Shown in pieces: positions 11,461 to 25,190 of a stretch of DNA of 64,000 nucleotides. The translations under genes and the position numbers were made by a program. The notes under the pieces are model-generated. The model was given only the letters and a program-made list of their open reading frames with translations, did not search any database and was not told where the DNA came from. Origin of the DNA: the human T2T-CHM13v2.0 reference genome, Homo sapiens; NCBI RefSeq assembly GCF_009914755.1, contig NC_060930.1. One strand, 5' to 3'. Position 1 is the first letter of the stretch, and the number at the start of each line of letters is the position of its first letter.

Positions 11461-12313
11461 CTGCTTTGGTTACAAGGCACAGTAGAATAACCTGGGAAGC
11501 ATCAATAAAATGTCAATGCCTTAGAGGTCCCTCCTCAGGGCAGCTGATTCAGAAACTCTGGGGATGGTATTTTTTACTGTACCAGGTGATTTTAATGAGC
11601 AGGTTGATCCCCACTTAAATATGCTATTTAACTTTGACCTCCTTTACTGATGCCCTCAGTGCTGCCCTCTTTTGGTTGTGAGGTAAGTAATTACTATGGA
11701 AAGAGGAACTTCGAAGTATTTGGTTTCATCTACTTAAACCCACCAGAATTTATTCTGGGGAGGCCATAACTGGGGAGATAGATAACTATCGAAGGAGGCT
11801 ATATGTATTTTTATAGCGTTATGAAAGCAAAAGCAGGATTCGCTTACTTTTTTTTTTTTCTCAAGACTGATTAAGGCTTTTGCTGGCAATGGGAGTGTTT
11901 GTGGTAACAGAAGGAAGTAACCCTGGCAAGTGATAGATAGACATTGTATCCTAAGAGTCTTGGGGGTGGTGGGTGCCGGGGATATGTCAGTGGGATGGTT
12001 TTATTTCATCAGAACTTGGTGCTGGTGTTGACTGGATACTCACAATTAGCCACATGCTATGATTGGGTTACTGAACATTAGGTTCTAATTTATTTTTAAT
12101 TATTTCAGGTTGTTGAACTGTAGCTGATTTAAGAAAACTTGAAACCAAGATTTTTTTTTTTAACTGCTCTTATAGTATTCTTAGTGTGAGAACTGGGGAG
12201 GGAATAGTCATAAAACAATTTGTCACAAGAGTGGAGGGTGTGACAATACTATTAGGTGGTGATACTTTAATGTTGTAGTTTTAAAATCGGATCTTGAGAA
12301 ACTGTGTCTTTAA

Positions 12314-12615
<302 letters not shown>

Positions 12616-13649
12616 TTTAAAGGGCTTTTTAAAAAAAGGTTAAATGTTTTTCACCAGTGCTCAATGAGAAACACAAACATGATTACATTGTTTGGAGTGG
12701 CTGAATTACTTGATCAAAATTTAAAAAAAAAGGTATTTTCCCTAAGTGGTTTTTGCTTAGTACAGCACCTTTTTTTCCCCTCAGTTTTCATGTCCTGAAT
12801 TATTTCTGCATCATTAAGTTTAGCTGAGGAGCCAAAATTCTGTCATTGTGGGGGGATTGCTGAGGTGTCACATCGACAAAGGGAGGTACTTAGAATAAGA
12901 TGTCATTTTGGTCTGTTCTTGAGTGTTACTCCAAGAAGTTATGTGAGCAGAGAAACACTAATCCTGTGGGCCATCTGTCTTTCCCATCATGTGGCAGAAC
13001 CCCCATGCAGAATCTCTAGTCAAGGTTGGACCATGGCTGCATTTCATTACATCTGAAAAGAGTCCCCGGTAGTTATGTGATTTTTACCTCACAGATTGCT
13101 CAGAATCACATAAAGCCTCAACAAATATTTCCTCACAGATTTATTCTAGCCCTGGTCAAAAGTGTGAAGTAGGACATTTTCTTCAAGTGTATTTTTTTTT
13201 CTGTCTTATTGAAACACTTTCAATACTGTTAGCGTGACTTTGTGTCCCATCCGTCCAATATTTGCTGTACTCACAGCTGTTACCTCTGCAGGAAATCTTT
13301 GCAAACTAGAGTCTTCATTCTTTCATGGTTCTAGGCAGTAAGCTTAGAAGGGACAGTGGAGCTGTAACACTCACTGTTTCATAAGTTTTTAAACTTATGC
13401 TGTAAAAGTCTCTGATACATGCAAGATCAGAGAAAATGTAGAACAAAGGAGGCATATAGATGAGGTGAGGATACTGGGAAGATAATAAATTTGCACAGAA
13501 GGGAAGGGAGTTTATAAAATGTGGGAAGAGTCAGGAAAGGCTGGCAGGAGGTGAACCGGGGTGTAAGAAGGATGTGTACAATATGTAGGTAGAGAAGATA
13601 TGTCATGAGGCCTCGCAATGCCCTCATTACCATTATGGTTAGGTAGTTG

Positions 13650-13765
13650 CCAACACATGTTTTCGGAGCACCTACTGTGTGCCAAACATTATTCTGGTGC
13701 TCAGGGTATGGCAGTAAATGAGCCTAGCAGAATTTCTGTCTTCAAGGAGCTAACATTCTATTCTA
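13650..13765 (-). mobile_element. L2 3'-end fragment
   Basis: GAGCACCTACTGTGTGCCAAACATTATTCTGGTGCT ... CTTCAAGGAGCTAACATTCTA. Confidence 0.7.
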
Positions 13766-15421
13766 GTAAAAAAGTTCTCTTGCCCTTGCTAAGTTTGAAA
13801 TGCCTGTTTATGGCAAAGGAGTAGAAATGGTAGATGCTTTATATAAAAATATATGATTTGTCTTGGCAAAGCATCCTTGAGGAGAGATTAGTACAGTGCA
13901 AAAAAGTATTGAGTAACATTCTCCCCGTTTCCACCTTTCTGTCAGGTCATAGATATAAATTACAATTCTGGCCCTCATTCACCCTCACATAGCTTTCTGG
14001 CATCCTTTCCCATTCTCTGAACATGAGAGGAATGAGAAGGTTATTTGGAAGGTCGCTGATCTTAGGAGTTGTCCTGCTACAGTTACCGGAGAATCTTGAA
14101 TTTCATCTGAAAAGACTGCAAGGCAGTCGGGGCAAGCATGCTATGAGAAGTCAACTGGTAAGCAGACCCCAGAGATGAGAAGCATATGGGAAGCCAACCC
14201 CATGATTTGCTTCCTTAAAAAGTATGGGCTGTGGATGGATTTTAAATCCTACTCTAAATACAAGACTGGTGTTAGCGGTTGTTTGCAGGAAAACCAAAGG
14301 AACTTAGCATCCTTCAGTGTGTTACAGAGACTGTGTGGCCTCAAGCAGTGAAGTGAAGAATTCTTTTTGTCTTTTTCCTCATATGCCCAACCTGGAAACC
14401 AGCAGAATTTTTGATGGTGCATCTGGTTCCTGGTGTGCTGCAGAAGTGATTAGTGTGTCATGTCACTGTGGCCTCTTTCTCTGCCCCAGGAGAATGTCTG
14501 GGGAACAGAAGAGCAGAGTCCTGCCTGGGATCATGTGGGTGGGGGAGCTATTCCTTCTCAACAGATAGTGTGAGAAGCACTGATCCAAGGTCCTGGCTGC
14601 TCAAAGTGTGTTCCTAGGAGCTTGCTGGACATGCAGAATCTCAAGTTCCATCCCAGAACCTGATGTTTTTATTTGGAGCACTGGCCTTGGCAACACATGT
14701 TCCTTCCTCACCTTTCTGCAGCCTCTCACTCCCCACTGTCGCCCACTCCTCATAGGCTATCCTCAGGAATGGCATTGGTGGAGTGTTGGTGAAGGTGTAG
14801 CTGCAAGCATTCTGATCTTTATTTTACAAACTCTAAACCCAGAAGACTCCAAACCCAGAAAAGTCTAAGTCACAGAAAGCAAAGGAACAGTCTTATTTCA
14901 GACACATCTACAGTCTTTGCTGGTTAAATGTCAGGAAGCCCACAAAAAGCTGCCAGACATTTCAGGGTATGAATTTCGTATCTGTACTTCTTGACATCTG
15001 CTGGGCTACCATGCCCTTCAATTTACCAAAATATGGAAATTTCCTTATGGCATTCTACCCAAATAATGAGGAAAATGTTGATGCTTCTCTCAGCCTCAGG
15101 ACCTTAAAGCCACACTGTTCCTAACCACGCTTGCCTATATGGCACTTAGCACTTTACACAAAAAACAAACAGAGGTGTTTATTCCCTGGCAGTTAATATA
15201 AATGCTTTCTGTTTTGTAAAATAGGAACAGTATTTGATTCCATTATCACAGATCTCTTGTGGACAAGTCAAAATTCTTCAATTAAGGTTATATCTAGTTA
15301 AAGGAATTTTTCTCTTTGGTCTACATCCCCACCCTGAATGTCCTTGCCTGTTAGTTCCTTGCAGGTGAAAGGTAAAAAACCTTTGCAACTTCATGCTATA
15401 ATTGTGCCTTTGAATTTTCAG

Positions 15422-15508
15422 AGGAAAAGACAGTGAGAGAGCAAGAGCAGATTGAGAAGCAGAAGAGTGAGTCGCAAAAAGAGAAAATGACAGAAATGGA
15501 GCACCCTG
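15422..15508 (+). other. Candidate internal exon (87 nt, phase 1/1, purine-rich)
   Basis: Acceptor TGCCTTTGAATTTTCAG|, donor CTG|GTGAGT; open frame EKTVREQEQIEKQKSESQKEKMTEMEHP; protein not recognised. Confidence 0.4.
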
Positions 15509-17790
15509 GTGAGTCCCAACCACATCCATTCTTGATGATAACAACCAAAGCTCAGAAAATGATTTCTTACAGAATGTTGTATCAAAAGGAGCATATTGTA
15601 TGTGCAAAGTTGCTGCAGCTTTCCTAAGTTGGCTTCAAACTATCCAACTATGATGTTAACATATTACCTTCAGCCAGTATGATACACATATTGGAATGTT
15701 TTGTATCATTGACTACTTTTCCTGTGTCTGTCCACTCTACTGTTTCAAACCCCTGGTACTGGGACAGTGATTGAACCCAGGTATTCTTGTCAATAATAGT
15801 TGGAGGGGCTTAGCAATAGATCAAGGTATAGAAGAATTAAACCTGCTATAGCTTGATCTACTTTGAGATTAGAGTGTACAGGGTCCTCTCCAACCTGACA
15901 CACTTGGCCCTTTTCTGACATAGGTTTAGTAAGTTTTGTGTGCATTTGTAGATATTTTTTCATTCCTAGGGGTTTGGCTTCATTGAGATGTGAGTTGTGG
16001 AGCCAAAATACCAGAGAGGCTGACTGTTTTTGTAGCAAGAGTTAGTTTATTTTGTGGTTGGGTTTGAAAAAGAAAAAGCTAAAAACTGCCCTCAAATATC
16101 TGATTTAGCTGATTGCTAGGTTATCTAAATCAACTTGAAAACTTTGGATAAGCATTATTCAAACACTAAAGGCAACAAAAGTCTATTTCATTATGTTTGC
16201 TCTGATACCTAGCTTCCCGGCTGACTTCTTTTCCAGTTCCTTTCATCCTTTCACAAACCTGAGGAATGAACATACAGAAAAGGCATTTTACTTAGTTACT
16301 ATTAGAAAGCATGAATATCATCAACTCATATATCTTTATTCAGTTTAGTACTCTGCAGACATCCTTGTTGGATATTTTATTCTGGGATTGTTAGAACTAA
16401 AGTTAGCCTTAATGACTTAAAGCAATGATTTTCATAAATTTCTCCTGAAATGATGTTTTGGTACAAAATGCCCTGAAAATGATTTAACTATAGATAACAC
16501 TGAGAATTTTACTTACTGCTGCTCATCAGAAAGACACCCTGGGTCTCCTTTCCCTCTCTCCACCCCTTATCCCCTTTCTCAGAGATTAATTGAGGAAACA
16601 TTTAAAAAAGTTTTCAGTTTTGGTTAGGAAATAACATCATTAAGCAAGTTTTGCTGGGTGATGTGTAATCACTGAAACGCCAATTTGTTCAGGAAGCAGG
16701 AATTAACACCTTTGCTCTAGTGAAAAAGAAATTGGTACAAGACTTTAAGGAAGTCAAAATGATGAAGTTTGGATTAAGCTCTTAGCAGGAAAGGCAAAGG
16801 CCACAGTGAAAGCAATCCTGAGCTGGCCAGCCCTGTAAACAACTGCTAGCCCCTGGTTAAGTGTCTTTTTCTTTTGACATAGAGAAGTTAAAATATAGTG
16901 CAATTTAATATAGTCAGCACACTTCACCCTAAAATCCAATCAATTTATTAAAGAAAAAAAGGTCCATTCAACCCAGCCATTATACATGACTCTATAGTTC
17001 TTGGAAATAACTATAGTCAGCTCTGGAAACAGAAAACTAATCCAACTGACCACTTGAGGGAGGTGGTGGGTTATCTTGTCTAGAAAAAGGACCTCAGTTC
17101 CTTCTTTGTAGTGTGCAATTTTAAGAACTTTGAATACCTCCTGTGACCTATGGGTAAAATGAGATCACAGGAACCCAGACAATGGCCTTTTCTCCACTTG
17201 GATCTATAATCTAATTTTCCTATAAAGTAAGGGGAATAAAATAGATTTACAGAACACTTGTGATGGTCTAGCTGATGGATCACTTTAAAAAGAGAGAAAG
17301 AGGCAAAGTATGGGTAGTTTATTTTCACAAATCAGTTTTAGTTTTTTTCTATGAAATTAATGAACAAGAAGCCCATTAAAATGATTGTTACAATTCTTCT
17401 TTTTAATTGTTTACTCTATTAAGGTGACAATACTTGACAGCTTGATATATGAACAGTGTTCACTTGCCCAACATAAACATCAATTATAACATGAAAATGC
17501 GATGGTCCTTCAACCCTTCATTCACTCATCCAGGTTAAATGCAGAATTTGGAAAGAAACCAAAATTAAAGTTAATTTTACCTAGACTTCAACAGATGTTT
17601 TTTAACAAGAAAAAAAAAAACAAAGAAATTGTGGCTGAAGAAAAGTTAGCTGAGATGAAGAGTAAAATGGGTCATGTAGGAACAAAGTCATTGTATTTCA
17701 TCAGAGTCAAGAAAATTATTAATTATTGAAATGGGAAATCAAATCATTAAAGTATGAATACCATTGGCTCTCTGATTTCTTCTTTCCCAG

Positions 17791-17932
17791 GTATCATAAA
17801 ATATGCTTGAACTTGGGTTAATTCCTCTTGGACTGAATTGTAGTGCCATAAACCAAGCTTTTCAAAAAGATTGGATGCAAAACTATTATGGCAACAGGAA
17901 TTTTTATCAACATAAAGCAGGATTTAATGCAG
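17791..17932 (+). other. Candidate exon (142 nt, probably non-coding)
   Basis: Strong acceptor CTCTCTGATTTCTTCTTTCCCAG|; moderate donor CAG|GTATAT; stops in all three frames near the 5' end. Confidence 0.25.
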
Positions 17933-18778
17933 GTATATGGTATATAGAGTCAAAAAGGATTATAAGATTTATAATGAAAAACAGCAGTACTCTACTTCTC
18001 CATTTGCTATCCCCAACTCTCGATGTGCAGATACCAATTTCAACTTGTTTAGCTATTTCTTCTGGCATCTAATTCCAAATGGCTAAATAACATGTTTATA
18101 CTAATTTCTTATATATGTGCAATAAAGCTTTAGGTATTTTCTATTGCTTCCTCTTATTGGAGAAAAGAATCCAGCCCTATCAACTCTCCCCACACCACTT
18201 AATATATACTTCCCATTTCCTCAGCCTCTAAATGCTGGTAAATTACCATTTTTGGTTTAACCTCTATTCTGTGTTTGCTTTATTATGACTACATAAATAC
18301 TATACACAGCTGAGCTCAGAAGGGTGCTCTGACCTTTTTTTTCAACTCTTTGCTTTCCTAAATGAAAAATTGCACGATTTTTTCATTAGCTGATTTTTAT
18401 ATTTCTACTACTGATTCATCCCCCAAATCCAAGGTATACAGCCTCTCTCAATGCAAATATAATAAGTGATCCATCAGTTTCATTTTTTTCAAAGTATCCA
18501 TCCCCTTTCCCTTAAGCCCTCTGGCTGCCTCCTCCCACAACTGGTTGTTCCCTGTGCCTACTGCAAGCTCTGGTCCAGGGTCTTCCCCTTACTATCAAAC
18601 TGGGGATTCTCTTTAACCCTTTCCATTGTTATATTTTAAAATTTCAAGAGCGATCTTATGTTTTCAGAATACTCTATGTTAAAAAATACATAACATTATT
18701 TTCTTATTTCATCAGATGGAATAGTGCTTTTATTTAGCTTTCTAAATTTATTTATTATAGTTTCTTTAAAGTTTTTAT

Positions 18779-19104
18779 GGTAGGCACTGGATGCAACACT
18801 CAGATCACCCTTCAAGGAAAGAGTTGTTGCCCAAGATCACCTTCCCTTTTTGAGGTAGCCACACCCAAAGACTGTTCCATGTGAGCTATGAGTGCTTGGC
18901 CATCTTGGCCCAATGTGGGAGAGTTCTGAAGGGCTGTTCTAGCCCCAGACACTGAGGCTGAGGCTGTCATGGGACTGGCCTTGCAGCTTGCCTTCTTTGT
19001 TAGCCCACCCCTGCTTTTGTCCCCTCCAAAGTGACTCCCTAATAAATATCTTGCATGCTCAAGCCCATTTCAGAGTCTACCTCCCAGGGAAACATAGCTG
19101 TGAC
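18779..19104 (+). mobile_element. LTR16-family (ERVL) solo LTR
   Basis: CTCAGATCACCCTTCAAGGAAAGA ... TGGCCATCTTGGCCCAATGTGGGA ... CCCTAATAAATATCTTGCATGCT ... AGAGTCTACCTCCCAGGGAA. Confidence 0.7.
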
Positions 19105-22100
19105 TATATTCTTCTTCATACAATATATCTGTCTCTTCTAAGTTACTTTTATTCTGTTTATGCATTGTAGACTCTGACTTCTATGCTAGATACTTTCTGT
19201 TCTGCCTTATGTGAAAGACAAGTTGATTGAAATCCTAAGTATGTATAGCGCATGTTTCCTTAGGGTCACCATGTAGAAAAACTGAGAAAACCAGCTGTTT
19301 ATTTGGTGTCTAGGTCTTTTTTCTTGACCCCAGACAGTTTCATCTTTTCTCCTGCTTGGGGAGCATAAACCTGGCTAGCAGCTTTCTGGGATCTAGTCAG
19401 GGAAGCGGTTGGGAGTTACATTATCAGTGTAAACATTTTAATTTAATAGTCTAGGTTTTTAGTCTGGAATTTCAGCCCCAATTTCAATTCTGCCCGAAAA
19501 ACATACTAAACTTCTCTGTTTAGAATTCTTTAGATAATTCTCTTTATTCTTATTGTCTATCAGGGTATATAGGAGGGGTAATTTTAGGATATCTGAAATT
19601 GGGAAGTGATTGGAGGAATCTAATTTTTCCTTAAACAAAATTTCAACCAATTACTTCAAAATTAAAGTTATCAGCTCCCCCACCCACCTGCCTCCACTGT
19701 GCCTTCAGAGGTATACTATACCTCCCAAACTTGGTCCTTTCTAGGGCTCTGCAGAAGAAATTGTGTCACTTCTTGTGGACCTTCTTCCTTCCTGTGAACG
19801 CTTGAGGCTCTCTGCTTTCAATTAAGTGAATTACTGCTTATCTATTCACTCTTCATCTTTCAAGATTTTGTCAATATTGCTCCTCTGCTGTGGTCCCTGC
19901 TTCCATTCTCTTTATCTATGTGGGTTCAGATCTTTAAAAATTTCTGTATTGTTATTTAAGTAGAGTTGGAAAGAGCATAGTTATATATACATGCTCTGAT
20001 TGAACTTGTTTGAACCCATCAGAGTACTCTTACTGTACCAAATCAGCAGCATGTGACAGTGTTGATCCTGTCCTCTTTTTAGAAACATTCCTCACTTGGC
20101 TTCCAGGATATCACACTGAACAAAGTTTTTTTTCTACTTTTCTGACTGTTCATTCCCATTGTTTAATCTTTCATTTCCCCAAAGATTAACTTGTCATGAA
20201 AAAATCAAAATATGGCATTTCTACCAAATAATATTAACTAAAGTGCAAGAGCAGATAGGATGACAAAACTGAAAGACTACATGTCAGGTTTCACATATAG
20301 CGAAGAATAACTATAAGACAGCTCACAAATGAGAGTGAAGTATATACTTTTCAAAGATATTCACTTAGCACTCAAGCAAGTAAAATGATTTTAAACTTTT
20401 TCTGTTTTCTGAAATATTGTTATAAGGTTCAAACACCTAAAAAATATGAACACATTTTAACTTACCTCTAATAATTAGGGAAGAAAATTTAAAAACACAC
20501 AAACTAAATTCATGCTTATTGAATTTTTTTCAATTATAGATTATATCCAACTCTGTCAAACCAGTTTCTATATAAGAAAGGAGAAAAACCTATTTGTAAA
20601 CTATAATAAATCAATATGCCTGAATCAAATTTCCTTTGTTAGAATAGAATATGCTACGTGATAAAGGACTGAAAAAATAGTTTGGAATGAAAGAAATTGG
20701 AAAAAAGATATAACTTTATAGACAAAACTTCAATCATTGTATTTTTTGATCATTGACTCGTGAGGTTATATTTTCAGAAATATTTTATTTGGTCATCTTA
20801 GATGATCTACAAAGATTACCTATTGTGAATATGTATTATAATTTTTTAAAAATATACCTGAGTATATTTTATGCCATTCAAATCAGAATTTGTACCAGAG
20901 AGCTAAATATTCTGTATAAGTGATAAATACCTTGTCCAAGCCATAGTAATTATTGCCATTAGCCAAGTGAACCTAGTATCACCTTCATTCATTACACAGT
21001 CTATCATGTTCTCAGAAAGGACGCAAGGACAATTTAGCAAGGATGTGTAGTTTATCATGTTTATAGCCAGGAGGCCAGGAAAATTTATGCAGGGAAAATT
21101 TGGCAAAGAAAATTTAGTGTTAGAGTTATAAACACAGTAATTCCTAACATGTTAGTCCTTAAATGGATTACTGTAAAGAAGGTAGTAAGTTTAGGTCAGA
21201 GCTATAACATATAGAAACAAGAATGATTCATATACTTTTAAGACAGTATTCAAATCAATGAGTTACTATCTATTTTTCTTCAACAACTGCTTACGCATGT
21301 GGCAATATGAGCCTAAGACAGGTGCTGATGCCTTAGTCACTTGGCCACACAGTTTTGTGGTTTACGAGTCATGGGAATTGCTTGTCTTACTCTGACTGCT
21401 AAAGTTCTGTCCTATTGTCTTTTCATGTAATAGCAACATGACTCTGATGACAAAGCCCAACTAATTACACAACTTAATTTAATAGTTTAAAGCGCAAAGG
21501 GCATTCCCTGAGCAGTAAAATCTTTTGTTTGGAAATTTTAAAACAAATTATATTTTACTTTATGTTTTATATTTACGTAATAAGTATTTACAAGAACACA
21601 ATTTTCTCAAGATTTAAACTGCTCATTGTTCCATAAATAGGACACACATTTAGAAAGAGGATTTTTTTTTAAAGGAATATTTTAGTGATTACTTCTGGCT
21701 AAAAACATGAAACTCTTTTAGTGCTTGATGTTACTGGAAACTTGCTCTAGATTATTTTTTGAATCTTTGCTGTGAGGTTAAGAATAGAAATGTTTTCACT
21801 CCCAATTATTGCTTTGAATTAAGATTTTGTGTCTGGGTGAAATTTTCCTCTGGCTTAATGCATGACCAGGCTGGTAGAAATGTTTCACCTAAATCCTCTT
21901 ATTTTTGTTAAAACATTCATAATCCCAAACCCTAATAGTTGGAAGTGCATGTGATAATTGTTAGTCCCACTCCTGTCCTCATTTTATAAATTCCCCTGAC
22001 AACAGCCTTGCTTAAGATTATCACCTAACTTCTGTTTGATTTCTTCCAGTGATAGAGAAGTTTCTGTTCAATTTAGGCCTCTTGGGTCATGTTACCAACT

Positions 22101-23572
22101 GTTTTTACCCTAATACAGATTCCTACATATCAAAGGGTTTTGTGGGTTGGACCAAGGAGCAAGAAGGCTTTACCTTAAAAGGTCAGGAATGTAAATTGCC
22201 CAAGGTGAACTCTGATTTAAAAGAAAAGGGCACCATTGTTCCAGTGGGATTGTGATTATGATAGTTAATAGAAAACATTGTCAGCCATGTTGGCTCTGGG
22301 GATGAAGAAGAAGAGGGTGTTTTCCAAGACTGGGATTGATGTTAGTATCCTGTGAGTGTAAAGTGTTCTAATATCTGGCCTGTTTTCAGGAGAGCTGAGG
22401 CAACTGAGGCAGCTTACTGAGCCAAAGTTCTTACTAGCCTTATTTCCTTTCCTTTATTAATTCTATTATTTTAATGGCTTTTTGTTAACACTTAGAGGTA
22501 AGGAATACAGTTTGCCAAATACATAGCAAGTCATCCTGTCAAAAACAGATATTTCAAGATAAAACTCCTTGGTCTGAAAAGACAGATTCAAAAGAAATTG
22601 TAGACAGTTTCTACTATCAATGATTTTACAGACTGATGGAGATAAGACAGGAGATAACAACCTCGTAGATAAAGCATATAAAACATGAAAGCTTTTATAA
22701 CTTTATAGAATGTAAATATTACGTATTAACATAAACTCTAGAGTGCACAGGTGCATCAAAGCAGAATGGGATTGAGAACCTTTCTACAAAAAGGATGTAA
22801 AGAATATGACTTTTCAGGGTTGAGGGAAAGATTTTGGGGAAGGAAGAGGTGCTCTTTAGGAGGTACCGATGGGGGATCCTGTGATAATCAGCATATCCTC
22901 GCAAAGCAGAAGGGTTGAAGGGAGTTTGTCTGTGAATAGAGCCTTGCTGACTTGGGTAGCATTTCTTCTTTTTTTCCCACTTCTTGGTGGTCGTTTCTTC
23001 AAGAGGATTTGGACTTACCACTCAGGAAGACCTGGTATAGACTGCTTTACTGTGCATCTGGGCTAATGGGGTTTGATTGTTGAAGGCCTTAGTGGTCTCT
23101 TTTTGAGGACCCCTTTTTGTCATCTTCCCTTATGGGGTCTGTGCTTGAGATCAGTATGGTAGCCTGACCCCTGACTCCCCCAACCCCACCATGCAGTGTG
23201 ACCCTTTTCCAGGTGTTTAAGCCTCTTCTCTGGGACACCTTGTACAATACTATACTACATTTCCTCCTGACTTGAGCTTGCAGCCTTCATTCCTGTGCAG
23301 GTAGGCAGACAGCTTTAAAGATTTGCTCTTAGAGGGATTATTTTTGGAACTTAGGACTCTGGGGATTTCCTGAGCTGAGAATGACTTTGCCCAGGAAATA
23401 ATGAATTGAATCATTGTCTGTCTTTTGACCCTCAGATCACCTTTTTTATTTTGCAATCTCTGCCCAGTCACTAGGTATCAGCCTGGCTGCACCCACTGAT
23501 AATACCTTTGTATGTTTTGTAATTGAAAGGCCAATTTCAGGCCCATTTCAACTGGGGCTGTTGGAACTTCAC

Positions 23573-23586
23573 CTGCCCCCTACAGG
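23573..23586 (-). promoter_or_regulatory. Candidate CTCF motif CCTGTAGGGGGCAG
   Basis: 13/14 match to CCRSYAGRKGGCRS in non-repetitive DNA; occupancy unknown. Confidence 0.45.
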
Positions 23587-24479
23587 GAGGTGAGGTTTGT
23601 GAAACTGGGAAACTGGAATAACAAGTGAATTAACACACCCATCCCTCCAACACCACCCACCCACTGCAGGCTTCGTAGACTGATTGATGACATTTCCTAA
23701 TATAGCAGGGGTAAGATGACTTATTTTGAAAATAGAATTAAAACTTTCCCTTTTTAGGAGCAAGCATCACTTTGGCAACACCATCAACCCCAAGCACATT
23801 AGTTCTTGTGGTCAAAACATTAACAGGGTGCTTTGTTAACAAAATGTTCAGGTCATGATAAGGCCAACAAAGGAACTGTAAGACTTTTTATGAGCCGAGT
23901 CTTTCCAAATAGCACTCCAAGTTAAAAGTACTGAGAGCAAAAGTTTCTTCTGTAATAAGGCCCAGATGATCTGGGGTGAGAGTTTTCAGGAGTGGGCAGA
24001 GGTGTTGGGGTGTTGCATTGACCAAAATAAGCCACCTCATGGAAAGCGGGAAACAATTGGTAGGTCCCCAAAGTGTGCAGCTATCTGAACAGTTGGAGTA
24101 AAGGATTTCAGATAGCCTCACTAATTAGCCTACTTGGGCAGTTTAGAAGAGTGGAGGGCCTTTTAAAGAGGTCCCAGGGAGTGCTAAATGCTGGGGGAGT
24201 TTATTGCTGTGCGTGTAAGCAATGGTACTGGACAGGGAATTGAAATGAGATCCTGTGATCTGCAGAGCACCTGCTCTGGGAACTCATCTTTATGGAACCT
24301 TCCCTGACTCTAAACTCTGATTATTTTCCTACTCTATCAGCTCACCGTTTTTAATAAGAATTATAGATTAACTGTTAGCACTTATAGAGTGCTTCATCTT
24401 TTTAAGGCACTGGGGACGATACGTGGGGAAGGAGGGTGGGAGGGAGGGGAAGCTGATGCGAGCAACCTGAGAGAGAGTT

Positions 24480-25190
24480 ACCTCAGCCCTTAGTGTGAGT
24501 CGCAGCTCTAGCTGTATGTTGTTAGACTAATCATGAAGCCTTTATGGGATTCTGTCTTGCCATCTGGAAAATGAGATAATTGGATGAGATGTCATTTTGG
24601 TCTTGAAAATGACTAATAATAATAGATTATATTTATTAATGCCCTAATATATCTTATTTGGCTTTATAATAATCCTTGAGGTAGGCATAGCACAAAACAT
24701 GATCTCTGCTTTAAAGAGGAGTAATATGAGACTCAGAACTGTGAAGTGATTACCTTATGAAGCACAGGTAATGCACAGTGCAAACTATGTTAAGAATCCA
24801 GGATTTTTGATTTCTAGTTTTTTCTATACCTCTCAAAAATTGTACTTTGATAGACTAGAGGTCTTCTTTGAAATAAGTACTTGAAGGCAAGGAGGGTATA
24901 TTATATGTGTTCTCTAATTCTCCACTGCTTAATAAATATTGGTCACTGACTGGCTAAATAGAAGCTTTGGGACATTAGGTGACAATGTTCTTACTTTGAA
25001 GTCCAGAGCATAATCATGGTAACAGTTACAGGTTTTGAACTGCTATACTATGCCAGAAACATTACATATAATACTTCAATTATTGTTATTATTTATTTGA
25101 AAGGTGAAGAACCTGAAGCTCAGAATGGCAAATCACACAACCAATATGGTGAAGCTGGGATGCAGACTGAGGCTGCCTGTTTCCCTTGAT
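24480..25190. mobile_element. Cluster of MIR fragments (~24490-24590 +, ~24660-24810 -, ~25020-25190 -)
   Basis: MIR core-like CATCTGGAAAATGAGATAAT, ATGAGACTCAGAACTGTGAAGTGATT, CTGAAGCTCAGAA. Confidence 0.5.

Noticed and set aside
18000-20940. Probable very old L1M/L2/DNA-transposon debris around the LTR16 element
   Set aside because: Too diverged to assign family or boundaries by eye
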